DNA of 63,311 nt from a virus (taxonomy: Duplodnaviria > Caudoviricetes), in IMG/VR virus record IMGVR_UViG_3300037742_000095, positions 1-63,311 of that record. One strand, given 5' to 3'. Position 1 is the stretch's first letter. Every line of letters starts with the position of its first letter. Below are positions 28,456 through 38,503 of this stretch, piece after piece. A program made the position numbers and the translations under genes. A model generated the notes under the pieces. It did no database searches, was not told where the DNA came from, and saw nothing but the letters and a program-made list of their open reading frames with translations.

Positions 28456-29562
28456 GTGACGACCGTCGAGAAGTACCTGGCCCGCTCTGGCGGCCGGTTG
28501 GCCTGCCCGCACCCGGTGCACCGCTTCGCCCAGGTTCCGGACAGCCCGGCCCGTCTCATCCTCCCCGAGTGCGCCGGGCGTGACCGCTGGCTGGCCGCCC
28601 GGCACGAGGGCATCGGCGGCTCCGAGGTGGGCGCACTGGTGGGGGTCAATGAGCACGAGACTACCTGGTCGATCTGGAACAAGAAGATCAACAAGGTCGA
28701 CAAGGATCTCTCGGACCGCGCGGCCGTCGAGTGGGGCCATCGGCTGGAGGAGGTTGTGGCCGCCAAGACTGCCGAGGAGATCGGCATGGTCTCCCGGTTC
28801 GCCGGTGGCCTCTGGGCGAACCCGGAGAAGCTGCACCTGCGGGTGACGCCGGACCGGTTCTTCACCGCCCCCCGGTCGTGGAGGGCGCTCGGGGTGATCG
28901 AGTGCAAGACGGCCGGGGACGATGAGCACTGGGAGTCCGGGGTGATTCACCCCAAGCAGGCCAGCACCGGCCGTGCTCCGTTGACGTATCAGTGTCAACT
29001 TCAGTGGCAGCTGGGCATCCTCGGCCTGAAGGTGGGTTATCTGGGCTGTTACGTGTCGAACATGCAGCGCGATTTCTTCACGGTCGAGGTGCATTTTGAC
29101 GCCGACTGGTTCGCCGAGATGGAGCGCGCCGCTGACCGGTTCTGGATCGACAACATCCTGACCGAGACCATCCCCGAGCATGACCTCCGGCATCCGATCA
29201 CCGAGGAGTTGCTGAAGGCTCAGCACCCCGACGTCATCCATCCGTCCGTCCAGCTGCCCGAGGAGACGGAGGAGTGGCTGCTGGCTTACATGGAGGCCAA
29301 GGAGGAATTCGAGCGCGCCGAGGCGAACCTGAACGGCACGAAGAACTATTTCCGGATGATGACCGCCGACGCCGGGGCGGGCTACCTCGGGGAGGAGAAG
29401 ATCGTCGGCTACCCGGTGGTCACCACGAGCCGGATCAACGTCGAGAAGCTGCGCAGCGACTTCCCCGAGGTCGCCGAGGCGGTCACTGAGACCAGTACCC
29501 ACCGGCGGCTGAACATCCGCGTCCCCAAGCGGCTCAAGCAGCAGGCGGAGCAGGAGAAATGA
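28456..29562 (+). CDS. YqaJ / lambda-exonuclease family protein
   Basis: WLAARHEGIGGSE, WGHRLE, TPD, IECKT, YQCQLQWQ. Confidence 0.9.
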   Translation: MTTVEKYLARSGGRLACPHPVHRFAQVPDSPARLILPECAGRDRWLAARHEGIGGSEVGALVGVNEHETTWSIWNKKINKVDKDLSDRAAVEWGHRLEEVVAAKTAEEIGMVSRFAGGLWANPEKLHLRVTPDRFFTAPRSWRALGVIECKTAGDDEHWESGVIHPKQASTGRAPLTYQCQLQWQLGILGLKVGYLGCYVSNMQRDFFTVEVHFDADWFAEMERAADRFWIDNILTETIPEHDLRHPITEELLKAQHPDVIHPSVQLPEETEEWLLAYMEAKEEFERAEANLNGTKNYFRMMTADAGAGYLGEEKIVGYPVVTTSRINVEKLRSDFPEVAEAVTETSTHRRLNIRVPKRLKQQAEQEK

Positions 29563-29792
29563 GCAAGCCGGACCTCAGCGTCCACCGGTGTCCGGGCTGC
29601 CACAAGCCGGGCGTTCCGAACGCCCTGCTGGCCTGTTCCGGCTGCTGGGGCGCGCTGCCCCAGGTGCTGAAACAGGAGGTACGCGCGTCCGTGCGGTACC
29701 CGCTGACCCATCCCCGGCGCCGGGAGGCCCTAACCGCCGCGATGAAGTTCTGGAGGTCGTCTGGCGACCTCCCCGGCAGTGCTGTAAGGTAA
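29559..29792 (+). CDS. Small Zn-binding protein
   Basis: CPGC...CSGCWGALP. Confidence 0.6.
   Translation: MSKPDLSVHRCPGCHKPGVPNALLACSGCWGALPQVLKQEVRASVRYPLTHPRRREALTAAMKFWRSSGDLPGSAVR
29762..29790 (+). promoter_or_regulatory. Phage promoter motif copy upstream of structured non-coding region
   Basis: TGGCGA-CCTCCCCGGCAGTGCTG-TAAGGT. Confidence 0.65.
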
Positions 29793-29794
29793 TA

Positions 29795-30260
29795 CCCGCA
29801 AGCCGGTTCGGACCCCCGACCGGCGAGCACTCGGGCCGGTTTCGCGGTCGGCCCGATCCGGCGACCTGGCTTGTGCCAGGGTTTTGACCCGTAGGAGGGT
29901 GTGACCGATCCAGGAGTCAGGTTCGCTACCTGGCTCCGGCGCTGGCCCTGTAGCTCAACGGCAGAGCATCCGGCAGAAACCGGAAGGCCCAGGCTCGACA
30001 CCTGGCAGGGGCACGACCGAGACGAGTTTGCGGTACCCGGCAGGTTACACCGGTGGAGCACAGAGAGGCCGGACGCGTGGAGAACCGTGGTGGACACAGC
30101 TACCTGAAATCTGTGTGACGGCACCCAGAGGGTGCGACATCCCGGATAGACGGGAACATGCAGGCCCGCACCCACAAGCACGACGCGGGCCGAGCACCAG
30201 GCCGGGGCTTGCGCCCTATCCACGGAGTAGGTTCCGGCCTGGACCAAACCACCGGGAACT
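29795..30260 (+). ncRNA. Putative structured non-coding transcript
   Basis: No credible ORF; serial hairpins including GGAGTCAGG-TTCGCTA-CCTGGCTCC and CCAGGCCGG...CCGGCCTGG-ACCA. Confidence 0.55.
29944..30013 (+). tRNA. Degenerate tRNA-like element (anticodon not assignable)
   Basis: GGCCCTG-TA-GCTCAACGGCAGAGC-A-TCCGG-CAGAAA-CCGGA-AGGC-CCAGG-CTCGACA-CCTGG-CAGGGGC-A; 6-nt anticodon loop. Confidence 0.65.
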
Positions 30261-30293
30261 ACGTACAACGTACAAACAGAAAGAGAGACCAGA

Positions 30294-30770
30294 ATGGTCA
30301 AGGCCGCCACCACCCCCGCCCCGTCCGAGCCGGACTTCGACGAGGCTGACGCCCTGTTCGGAGACGCCGGGGCCGAGCCGACGGACGATGATTTCGCCGG
30401 TGCGGACGACCTCTTGGACGAGGTCGAAGAGGACGACTCGGAGGGCTGGAACCCGACCGAGAAGGGGGAGGGCATCGCGGGTCTGATTACCAAGATCGGC
30501 GAGACCCGTTCCGACTTCGCCAAGCCGGGCGAGAACCCGATGGTCCCGACCGTCACCATCCAGACCCGTGACGGCAAGTACCGGGTCATCGGTTTCGGCT
30601 CGGTCCTCAAGCGCGAGCTGGAGGACGGCATCGAGGCCGGGACGATCAAGGTCGGCAACCTCATGGCCGTCAAGTACTGGGGTGAGAAGCCGATCAAGAA
30701 GGGCCCGTTCGCGGGCAAGAACTACCGGCACTACTCGGTGGCCGCGCAGGCGCCGAAGAAGAAAGCCTGA
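30294..30770 (+). CDS. Putative single-stranded DNA-binding protein
   Basis: Acidic N-terminus, OB-like beta core; replication context. Confidence 0.55.
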   Translation: MVKAATTPAPSEPDFDEADALFGDAGAEPTDDDFAGADDLLDEVEEDDSEGWNPTEKGEGIAGLITKIGETRSDFAKPGENPMVPTVTIQTRDGKYRVIGFGSVLKRELEDGIEAGTIKVGNLMAVKYWGEKPIKKGPFAGKNYRHYSVAAQAPKKKA

Positions 30771-30851
30771 CCTATCCGTCCGGCTGATTCTCAGGGCCGC
30801 CCGGTGCACTACGGCCGGGCGGTCCGTCCGTCTCTTCAGGAGGAAAAGCGA

Positions 30852-31136
30852 ATGGATCTCACAGCGATTGCCAACCGCTGCGCGGACGGCACCGTGTGGC
30901 TGATGGGCGTGCAGTATCGCTCCCCGGACATGGAGCCCGAGGCCCGCGAGAAGGTCTTCGAGTATGCCTGGATCAAGGCCAATGGCCTCTGGTTCGGCTC
31001 CGGTAGCGGGAAGGTGCCGCAGGCTGCCGGGTGGGGCGCTGTCCAGCGCTGGCTCGGGGAGCGTAACCGGCGGCTGGTCTGGCTCCGGTTGATGGTCCAG
31101 GACGTGGTCGTCTACGACGCGACCGGCCCAGGTTGA
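30852..31136 (+). CDS. Hypothetical protein
   Basis: RBS AGGAGG. Confidence 0.6.
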   Translation: MDLTAIANRCADGTVWLMGVQYRSPDMEPEAREKVFEYAWIKANGLWFGSGSGKVPQAAGWGAVQRWLGERNRRLVWLRLMVQDVVVYDATGPG

Positions 31137-31161
31137 TACTTTGCAGGCATGGCGGTAAGGT
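31133..31161 (+). promoter_or_regulatory. Phage promoter motif copy
   Basis: TTGATA-CTTTGCAGGCATGGCGG-TAAGGT; ATG follows 7 nt after the -10. Confidence 0.75.
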
Positions 31162-31168
31162 AGACGCC

Positions 31169-31345
31169 ATGGCAAAGGACGAGGATTTCACCGAGCTGGA
31201 GCTGGCTCTGACCGAGGAGGTCACCGGTACCCGGCCGGTCGTGCGCAACGACTGTGCGTTCTGTGGCCGGGAGCGAAGCGCCAAGGACGACAACCACGCG
31301 CCGGAGTGCGCGTACTGGACGTTCTTCGGACCGAGGGAGGGATGA
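31169..31345 (+). CDS. Small hypothetical protein (probably leaderless)
   Basis: CAFC...H..EC. Confidence 0.55.
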   Translation: MAKDEDFTELELALTEEVTGTRPVVRNDCAFCGRERSAKDDNHAPECAYWTFFGPREG

Positions 31346-33006
31346 TGCTGGCGCTTCGTGAGTATCAGGAGAAAGCGCTGGCCGCTGTGGACCAGGCCGA
31401 GCGCGAGGGGGTCAAGCGGCCTCTGGTCGTGCACCCGACCGGCACCGGGAAGACCGTGACGTTCTCGCACGTGGTTGATCGACGCGCGTCGCTCGGCCGC
31501 TCCCTGGTGATCGTGCACCGCGAGGAGCTGGCCGAGCAGGCGGCCGACAAGATCCGGCGGACGGCACCGCACCTCAACCCCGGCATCGTCAAGGCGGAGC
31601 GCAATGAGGTGGACCGGGATGTGGTGATCGCCAGCGTGCAGACCGCGCACCGTGACACCCGGCTGGCCCAGCTGGGCGAGTTCGCCACGGTCATCGTCGA
31701 TGAGGCGCACCACGCCCCGGCGCCGACCTGGACCAAGCTGCTGACCGGTCTCGGTTCCTTCTCCCCGTACGGGCCGCTGACCATCGGGTTCACGGCCACG
31801 CCGGAGCGCGATGGCAAGTCGCTCGGTGTGTGGGAGAAGGTTGTCTCTTACATGTCAATCCGGGAGGCGATCTACGGCGGCTGGCTCTGCCCGATCCTCC
31901 CGGCCGTGGTCGTCGAGACCAACATGGACCTGGACCGGGTCCGCAAATCGGGGGGCGACTACTCCGACGGCGATCTCGGCCACGCTCTGGAGGAGTCCGG
32001 CGCCATCGCGCAGATGGCCGACGCGTACAAGGCAGAGGCCGCAGATCGAAAGGGCGTTGCCTTCCTGCCGACCGTGAAGACCTCAGCCATGCTGGCTGAT
32101 GCACTGCGGGCACGCGGCATCCCGGCCGAGCACCTGGACGGCACCACCGCGGCCGACGAGCGCCGGGCCATCCTCCGGCGGCTGAAGACCGGCGAGACCC
32201 AGGTGGTAACCAACTGCGGGGTCCTGACCGAGGGGTTCGACGAGCCTTCGATCTCCTGCGTGCTGGTCGGCCGCCCGACCAAGTTCCACGGCCTGTACGT
32301 CCAGATGGTCGGCCGGGGCACCCGGCTGTGCGTCGGCAAAGAGAACCTGCTCGTCATCGATGTGGTCGGCGCTTCCACCCGGCACGAGCTGGTGGGCCTG
32401 GTGGACCTCGGGCTGGAGCTGGACGACCCCCGCAAGAAGCGCGACGGGGAGCCGGAGCGCAAGCCGTGCCCGATGTGCCAGGTGCCTTGTGAGTTCGCCG
32501 AGCACCGGTGCGCGCTGTGCCACCGTTACCTCCCCCGGGAGGCGCTCTATGACGGTGCCACGCGGCACGAGAACTGCCACGCGGGCAAGGCCAAGAAGGT
32601 TGATGTCTTCGGCTCGTCCAAGTTGCGGTGGCTACCGGTGGAGAACGGCTGGTGCCTGGGCGCCGGTCAGGAGGTCGTGGTCATGGTGCCCGCCGGGATC
32701 GACACGTGGCGGCTGGCCGCTTACAAGGGCGGCAAGGTCGAGGTGCTGCACGAGGAGCTGCCGACTGACTGGGCGATGAACATCGGCAACGACCGGGCGA
32801 AAGCGTTCCTGAAGCTCGTCGAGCGGGATGCGCGCTGGTTGCGTGGTGCTGTCACGGACGCGCAGAAAGGTCGTCTGATCCGCGAGGGCTTCCCGGAGAG
32901 CAAGCTGCACCGGGTGGAGACGCGCGGGGACGCGGCCGACTTGATCACGCGGATCAGCGGACGTCGGGCGGTACGTCGATTGACTACCTCCCCGGCAGGG
33001 CGGTAA
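31342..33006 (+). CDS. Superfamily 2 (DEAD/DEAH) helicase with Zn-finger insert
   Basis: LREYQ, PTGTGKT, DEAHH, TATP, LTEGFD, QMVGRGTR. Confidence 0.95.
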   Translation: MMLALREYQEKALAAVDQAEREGVKRPLVVHPTGTGKTVTFSHVVDRRASLGRSLVIVHREELAEQAADKIRRTAPHLNPGIVKAERNEVDRDVVIASVQTAHRDTRLAQLGEFATVIVDEAHHAPAPTWTKLLTGLGSFSPYGPLTIGFTATPERDGKSLGVWEKVVSYMSIREAIYGGWLCPILPAVVVETNMDLDRVRKSGGDYSDGDLGHALEESGAIAQMADAYKAEAADRKGVAFLPTVKTSAMLADALRARGIPAEHLDGTTAADERRAILRRLKTGETQVVTNCGVLTEGFDEPSISCVLVGRPTKFHGLYVQMVGRGTRLCVGKENLLVIDVVGASTRHELVGLVDLGLELDDPRKKRDGEPERKPCPMCQVPCEFAEHRCALCHRYLPREALYDGATRHENCHAGKAKKVDVFGSSKLRWLPVENGWCLGAGQEVVVMVPAGIDTWRLAAYKGGKVEVLHEELPTDWAMNIGNDRAKAFLKLVERDARWLRGAVTDAQKGRLIREGFPESKLHRVETRGDAADLITRISGRRAVRRLTTSPAGR

Positions 33007-33009
33007 GGT
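32980..33009 (+). promoter_or_regulatory. Phage promoter motif copy
   Basis: TTGACT-ACCTCCCCGGCAGGGCGG-TAAGGT. Confidence 0.7.
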
Positions 33010-33081
33010 TCACCTCCCGGTTGGGGGGAGATAGGTCCCCCAACCAGGTCAACCAGGGGAAATAGGACGGGGAGGTCCAGA

Positions 33082-33693
33082 ATGGTTAGAACATTGGCGG
33101 AGGTCAATGCGGACAGAGTCCGCGTGACCATAGAGCTGTTGGACGATAGATTTTTCAGCTCGGAGGATGTGGCCCGAGCGCAGAGCAGCGAGGCTGAGTT
33201 GGTCGCGGCTCCGCTCCGTGCCCGGATCGAGGAGCTGGAAAGGCAGCTGAGGCGCGCCTCTTACGGGCACGTCTGCACGGACTCGTGCAAGCCGAACAGC
33301 CATGTCGCGTTCATCGGCCGAGAGCGGTTGACCGAATTGGAGCGCGAGGTTGCTGGGTACCGCGAGGTGATCAAGAACCTCCAGGACGAGGCAACCTCGC
33401 TGAAGGCTGACCGGGACTCCTGGAAGCACAAGGCCGAGGGCTGGGACCACGACCGGCACACCGAGCGGGTTCGGGCTGATCAGTTCAAGGCTGAGCTGCG
33501 GCGCGCCCTTGAAGAGTTGCAGCGCCGGTTCACTACCGCTCAGGTAGAGGACGCGAAAGCAGCTGCATGTGCAGAAGCACGTGTATTGGAAGGTGCACGC
33601 ATTCGGAACGAGATCCGGGCCATCGTGAATCCGCCGGAGTCAATGGCGCTGGCGGAGGTCCTTCGTCAGGTTCGGGAGTACCTGGACAAATAA
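33082..33693 (+). CDS. Coiled-coil hypothetical protein
   Basis: RBS GGAGG; heptad-rich. Confidence 0.65.
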   Translation: MVRTLAEVNADRVRVTIELLDDRFFSSEDVARAQSSEAELVAAPLRARIEELERQLRRASYGHVCTDSCKPNSHVAFIGRERLTELEREVAGYREVIKNLQDEATSLKADRDSWKHKAEGWDHDRHTERVRADQFKAELRRALEELQRRFTTAQVEDAKAAACAEARVLEGARIRNEIRAIVNPPESMALAEVLRQVREYLDK

Positions 33694-33780
33694 CCCACAC
33701 GGTCAGAACAGCAGCAACGGAGAGGGGCCGCACCCAGGAGAGGTGCGGCCCCAACAGATCAACCAGAAAGGTGACCAAAC

Positions 33781-36700
33781 GTGGGTGACGATACCAGCCG
33801 TTCGGCTGAGGGCAAGCTTACCGAGGATCATGCGGTCTACCTCGCCTCGCAAGCGGTGGACGTCAAGCTGGCTGAGAGCCTGGGCGTCCGGTCCCTGCTG
33901 ACCGCGGAGGACGTGGCTGCGCTGGGTGATCCGGCCTGGACCAACTTTGCCAACCTGCCTGCGATCGCCTTCCCCTGGACCAACGAGGACGGGGAGGTGA
34001 TGTGGCAGGCCCGGCCGGACAACCCGACCGTGGACCAGAAGACCGGCAAGCCGCGTAAGTACGTGTTCGCCCGGCAGGCGGTGCCCAAGCTCTGGGCGGT
34101 TCGGCCGGTCGCCGACGCTCAGCAGATCCTGCTCATCGAGGGGACCAAACAGTGCTTGGCCGGTGCCAGCTACGCGCCACCCGGGGTAGGTGTCTACGGG
34201 TTCGCGGGCGCCCGGCTCTGGCAGCACAACGGCCATCCCATCCCCGACCTGATAGTGGCCGACGGTCGCGAGGTGATCGTCATCCTCGATGCCGACGCGG
34301 CCACCAACCCGCAGGTCTACGACGCGGGTACCAACCTGGCCGCCGCACTCGGCATGGAGGGCGCGACCAAGGTGCTGTTCACCCGGCTGATGGGCGCCGA
34401 GAAGAGCGGGCTGGACGACATTCTGGCCGGGCGCCAGCCGGAGCGGCGCGCGTCGATGCTGGCCCGGCTGATCAAGAACGCCAAGCCCAAGCCCGCCGAC
34501 GTCAAGCCCAAACCCGCGAAGAAGGCCGGTAAGGCACCGGCCGGGGAGGAAGGACGAGTGACGATCATCGTCAACCGGGACCGGCTGGCCGTGATCAACG
34601 ACCTGACCCAGGCCCTGTTGGACAAGTGGAACGCCAGCGCGCTGTTCTGTCATGGCGGTGTGATCTCGCGCCGGGAAGGCGACCGGATGACCCCGGTCGA
34701 TCGCGGCTCGTTCCACGACCTGGTCCAGGCCACCGCGATGACCGTGAACGAGAACGAGGGCGCCAACGGCACCACCTACTCTTTCGCGTGGCCGGACTCC
34801 GGCACGATGGCCGCGACCATGAGCCGGGCCAACCAGTTCGCTGCGCTGGACCGGATCACGCACGCGCCGTTCATCCGGCCGGATGGCACCGTGGCGTCCG
34901 AACCCGGCTACGACGAGGACACCAGGACTCTCCTGCTCCCCGACGAGGTGTTCGCGGGCCTGGAGGTGCCCGAGGACCCGACGCCGGAGCAGGTGGCAGC
35001 GGCTCGAGAGTTGATCATGACCGAATGGCTCGGTGACTTCCCGCTGGACGCGGAAGCCGACCGGGCCAACTTGCTTGGTCTGATCGTCACTCCGGCCATC
35101 CGGGGCATGGTGCCCCGCGTGCCGCTGGCCGTGGTCGACGGCCTTCAGATGGGAGTGGGCAAGAACCTGCTGGCCGACTCGATCCTGACCGTCTACACCG
35201 GGCATGCTGCTCAGCCGATGAACTGGGTCAGTGAGCCCGAGGAGCTGCGCAAGCAGATTACGGCCGCGTTCCGGACCGGCGCCGAGTTCTTCCTCTTCGA
35301 TGAGGCGCACACGGTCGAGGGTGCGCCGCTGGCCCAGGCACTGACCGCCGAGACCTGGCAGGACCGGATCCTGGGCGTCAGCACGATGGCCAACTTCCCG
35401 AACCGGGTCACCTGGATCTCGCTGGGCAACAACGTCCAGGTCAAGGGGGACATCACCCGCCGGGTCTACCGGATCGCGCTGCGGCCGGAGTACGCCAACC
35501 CGCAGGACCGGCCGTCGTCCAGCTTCCGGCACCCGGGCACGTCCGGGCTGGATCTGGGCAGCTGGACCCGCAAGCACCGGCGCGAGCTACTGACCGCGGT
35601 CCTCACGCTGGTCCGGGCCTGGTTCTCCGCCGGGTCCCCTTACCCCAAGCGGGGTGTTTCGTTCGGCTCGTTCGAGGCATGGGAGCGCATCGTCGGCGGG
35701 ATCGTCGAGCATGCCGGGATGACCAGCTTCCTGGGCAATCTGAAGGTCTGGCGCTCCGAGAGCGACTTCGATACCCAGTACTGGCTAGGCCACCTGGCGT
35801 GGCTCCGGGAGCAGTTCGGCGACGAGGGCTTCCGGACCTCGGACGTCAAGAACAAGGCGAACACGATCGGGGTGGATCTCTACTCGGCCCCTCCCCGGCT
35901 GGACGATCCGACCGAGCGGACGTACGGCAAGGCCCTCGGGGAGGCATACAGCCGGATCGCGGGCCGCCGGTACGGCGCACTGTGGGTGGAGCGGGCCGGA
36001 CATGCCCACGGACACGTGAGCCTCTGGAAGGTGCACGAGAGCGAGTCGCTGCCGCCGTTCCCCCCTGGTGAGGGGCCGTCCGGTCCGGACACCGGACCGG
36101 ACACTCCGCCGGACAATGTCCCGGACAGCGACCTGGACATTCCGTTGCTCGACCCGGCGCCGGAGAACGAGCACGCCGAGGCGCGCGGTGCGGCGCCGGA
36201 GGACACCGACGGGGAAGGCCACGACGAGGTCCGGGGGGCGGTTGACACTTCAGTGTCAATCTCTGGTCCGGCTGCGATTCTGCACGGTGAGGCCCCGGGG
36301 CTGCTGGCCGAGATGGGCCGAGCGCTGGCTGCTCAGGGACTGGACACCAACGGCGAGCCCCAGCACGCGGGCGCCGATGGCTCGTGCCCGGACTATGGCT
36401 CGGCACTCGATCCCTGCCCGCCTGGGTGTGCTTCCGGGACCTGCGTGGCGAACCTCCGTCCACAGCCTGTGGACAAGGTTGGGGACACGGTCACCTTTGA
36501 CTTGGAGACTGGTGACGCCGGGGACCAGTACAAGCACCCGGGTCCGGGGTACACCCGTATCGGTGCGACTGCCATGGGCGACGGCCCGGTCAAGGCATAC
36601 GACCTGGCCGTGGTCACTCAGGTGGCTGACGACATCCGTCAGGGCAGCACGATCACTGGTCATAACGTGATGGCGTTCGATCTCCCCGTCCTGGTTCGCG

Positions 36701-38268
36701 AGGGTGTCATGACGATGGAGGAGGTCCACCAGCTGGCGGCCGACGGCCGGGTGTTCGATGCGCTGCTGGCCGCCCGGTACCTGGACCCGCCGATGGCCCG
36801 GGACAAGGGCGTGGACGCCACCCGCAAGTACGACCTCGGGGCGCTCGGGGAGAAGTACGGGCTGGGCGCCAAGCAGACCGACGTCAGCAAACCGTTGGCC
36901 AAGAAATATGGCGGTTGGGGAGAAATCCCGATCGATGTCAGCGACCCAGACCCGGATCGGGCCGCTGATGCTCAGGCGTTCCAGGGCTACATGGTCCAGG
37001 ACGTTGAACTGAGCCGCTCGTTGTACTCGCGGTTGATGGAGGAGTTCGGCGGCACCGTGCCGGAGTATCTCCGGCGCGAGCACCGGGTGGCCGCCATTGC
37101 CAGCCAGATCTCGGTGAATGGCTTCCTGGTGGACCAGGAGCTGTTGAGCCAGCGGGTGACCGAGATCGAGCGGCGCAAGGCCAGCGCGATGGAGATGCTG
37201 GCAGCCAAGTACGGGGTACCCACTCACGACCCGAAGGGCAAGCCGTACAAGTCGCCGCTGGCGACCAAGGGCGGCAAGGAGGCGATCGGCGCCGCGCTGG
37301 TGGCCGCCGGGATCCCGGCCAAGGCGCTCTGGCGGACCGAAACCAGCAAGGATCTCCAGCTGAGCGCGGACGCGATGCTCCACTACGGCCGGGATTACCA
37401 CCACCTCCCGGCGGTGGTCGAGGTGGCCAAGGCGGTCTACCGGATCGTGTCGGCCCGCTCGATCTACGAGACGACCCGCAACAGCATGGGTCCGGACGGC
37501 CGCATCCACCCGAAGGTCAGCTTCCGGCAGGCCACCGGCCGGTGGTCGCTGACCGAGCCCGGGTTGACAGTGTTCGGCAAGCGCGGTGGCCGCCACGTGG
37601 AGCGTGATGTGCTGCTGGCCGACCCGGGCGAGGTGCTGGTGGCATTCGACCTCTCGCAGGTCGACATGCGCGCCATCGCTGGTCTCAGCCAGGACCAGGC
37701 GTACATTCAGATGCTGCTCACCGAGGACCCCCACGCCGAGCTGGCGGAGCTGCTGCTAGGCGACCGGAGTAAGCGCGAGACGGCCAAGCCGATCGGTCAC
37801 GGCTGGAACTACGGCCGGGGAGTCAAGGCGATCTGCCAGGCCAACAACCTGGACCCGGCGGTGGGCTGGAAGTTCGACCAGTCGATGCGTGAGCGCTTCC
37901 CCCGGGTGGTCGACTGGCAGACCGAGGTCCGCGCGCTGGCTGCTTCCGGACAGCTGCTCGATAACGGGTTCGGGCGGCTGATGCGGCCGGACCCCCAGCG
38001 GGCACACACCCAGGGCCCGGCGCTGATGGGTCAGGGTGCAGCTCGCGATCTGATGATGGAGGGCATGCTCCGGCTCCCGGCCGAGTGCCTGCCGATGCTG
38101 CGCGCCCAGGTGCATGACGAAATTGTGCTGAGCATCCCGGTCAAGCAGGTCGAAGAGGTCAGCCGGGCCGTCATCGAGGCGCTCTCGTTCGAGTGGCGCG
38201 GGGTGCCGATCCTGGCCGACCGGTCGCGCGCTGGAGCGTCGTGGGGTCGCTGTTACACCAAGGATTGA
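33781..38268 (+). CDS. Primase(Toprim)-helicase/ATPase-DNA polymerase A fusion
   Basis: LLIEGTKQ/ILDAD; GVGKNLL and FLFDE; exonuclease FDLET, GHNVMAFD, YMVQD; PolA DLSQVDMR, RETAK...YG, VHDE. Confidence 0.92.
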   Translation: MGDDTSRSAEGKLTEDHAVYLASQAVDVKLAESLGVRSLLTAEDVAALGDPAWTNFANLPAIAFPWTNEDGEVMWQARPDNPTVDQKTGKPRKYVFARQAVPKLWAVRPVADAQQILLIEGTKQCLAGASYAPPGVGVYGFAGARLWQHNGHPIPDLIVADGREVIVILDADAATNPQVYDAGTNLAAALGMEGATKVLFTRLMGAEKSGLDDILAGRQPERRASMLARLIKNAKPKPADVKPKPAKKAGKAPAGEEGRVTIIVNRDRLAVINDLTQALLDKWNASALFCHGGVISRREGDRMTPVDRGSFHDLVQATAMTVNENEGANGTTYSFAWPDSGTMAATMSRANQFAALDRITHAPFIRPDGTVASEPGYDEDTRTLLLPDEVFAGLEVPEDPTPEQVAAARELIMTEWLGDFPLDAEADRANLLGLIVTPAIRGMVPRVPLAVVDGLQMGVGKNLLADSILTVYTGHAAQPMNWVSEPEELRKQITAAFRTGAEFFLFDEAHTVEGAPLAQALTAETWQDRILGVSTMANFPNRVTWISLGNNVQVKGDITRRVYRIALRPEYANPQDRPSSSFRHPGTSGLDLGSWTRKHRRELLTAVLTLVRAWFSAGSPYPKRGVSFGSFEAWERIVGGIVEHAGMTSFLGNLKVWRSESDFDTQYWLGHLAWLREQFGDEGFRTSDVKNKANTIGVDLYSAPPRLDDPTERTYGKALGEAYSRIAGRRYGALWVERAGHAHGHVSLWKVHESESLPPFPPGEGPSGPDTGPDTPPDNVPDSDLDIPLLDPAPENEHAEARGAAPEDTDGEGHDEVRGAVDTSVSISGPAAILHGEAPGLLAEMGRALAAQGLDTNGEPQHAGADGSCPDYGSALDPCPPGCASGTCVANLRPQPVDKVGDTVTFDLETGDAGDQYKHPGPGYTRIGATAMGDGPVKAYDLAVVTQVADDIRQGSTITGHNVMAFDLPVLVREGVMTMEEVHQLAADGRVFDALLAARYLDPPMARDKGVDATRKYDLGALGEKYGLGAKQTDVSKPLAKKYGGWGEIPIDVSDPDPDRAADAQAFQGYMVQDVELSRSLYSRLMEEFGGTVPEYLRREHRVAAIASQISVNGFLVDQELLSQRVTEIERRKASAMEMLAAKYGVPTHDPKGKPYKSPLATKGGKEAIGAALVAAGIPAKALWRTETSKDLQLSADAMLHYGRDYHHLPAVVEVAKAVYRIVSARSIYETTRNSMGPDGRIHPKVSFRQATGRWSLTEPGLTVFGKRGGRHVERDVLLADPGEVLVAFDLSQVDMRAIAGLSQDQAYIQMLLTEDPHAELAELLLGDRSKRETAKPIGHGWNYGRGVKAICQANNLDPAVGWKFDQSMRERFPRVVDWQTEVRALAASGQLLDNGFGRLMRPDPQRAHTQGPALMGQGAARDLMMEGMLRLPAECLPMLRAQVHDEIVLSIPVKQVEEVSRAVIEALSFEWRGVPILADRSRAGASWGRCYTKD

Positions 38269-38293
38269 CACCTCCCCGGCATGGCTGTAAGGT
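38265..38293 (+). promoter_or_regulatory. Promoter of the TIGR-Tas-like locus
   Basis: TTGACA-CCTCCCCGGCATGGCTG-TAAGGT; first unit starts 7 nt after the -10. Confidence 0.85.
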
Positions 38294-38300
38294 TTTGTTT

Positions 38301-38483
38301 GTTCCGCCGGGCCACACCTGACTCGACATCCAGGGGTCCTCCGCCTGGCGGAACCCCAAGATTTGCCTGACCAGGCCATAGAGCCGTCGATAACCAATGA
38401 CGTTTTGCCTGGTCAGGCGCCAAGCACGCCCCGCTGGATCACGCCCCATCCCGATACCCATGGGACATGCATCCGGCGGGGCG
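38301..38483 (+). ncRNA. TIGR-like stem-loop guide array, units 1-3 (38301-38354, 38365-38418, 38427-38483)
   Basis: 11-12 bp stems enclosing YCA-spacer-CGAnnnCCA-spacer-YR. Confidence 0.85.
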
Positions 38484-38503
38484 CTCAGAAACGGAGACCG
38501 AAC

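Noticed and set aside
37714-37740. True self-targeting of the polymerase gene by unit 1
   Set aside because: Only 14/18 or 12/18 identity; 9-mer matches are expected by chance in 63 kb of GC-rich DNA
38363-38503. N-terminal extensions of ORFs 38363..39094 and 39926..40855
   Set aside because: They run through guide units and promoter sequence; better starts are at 38504 and 40145
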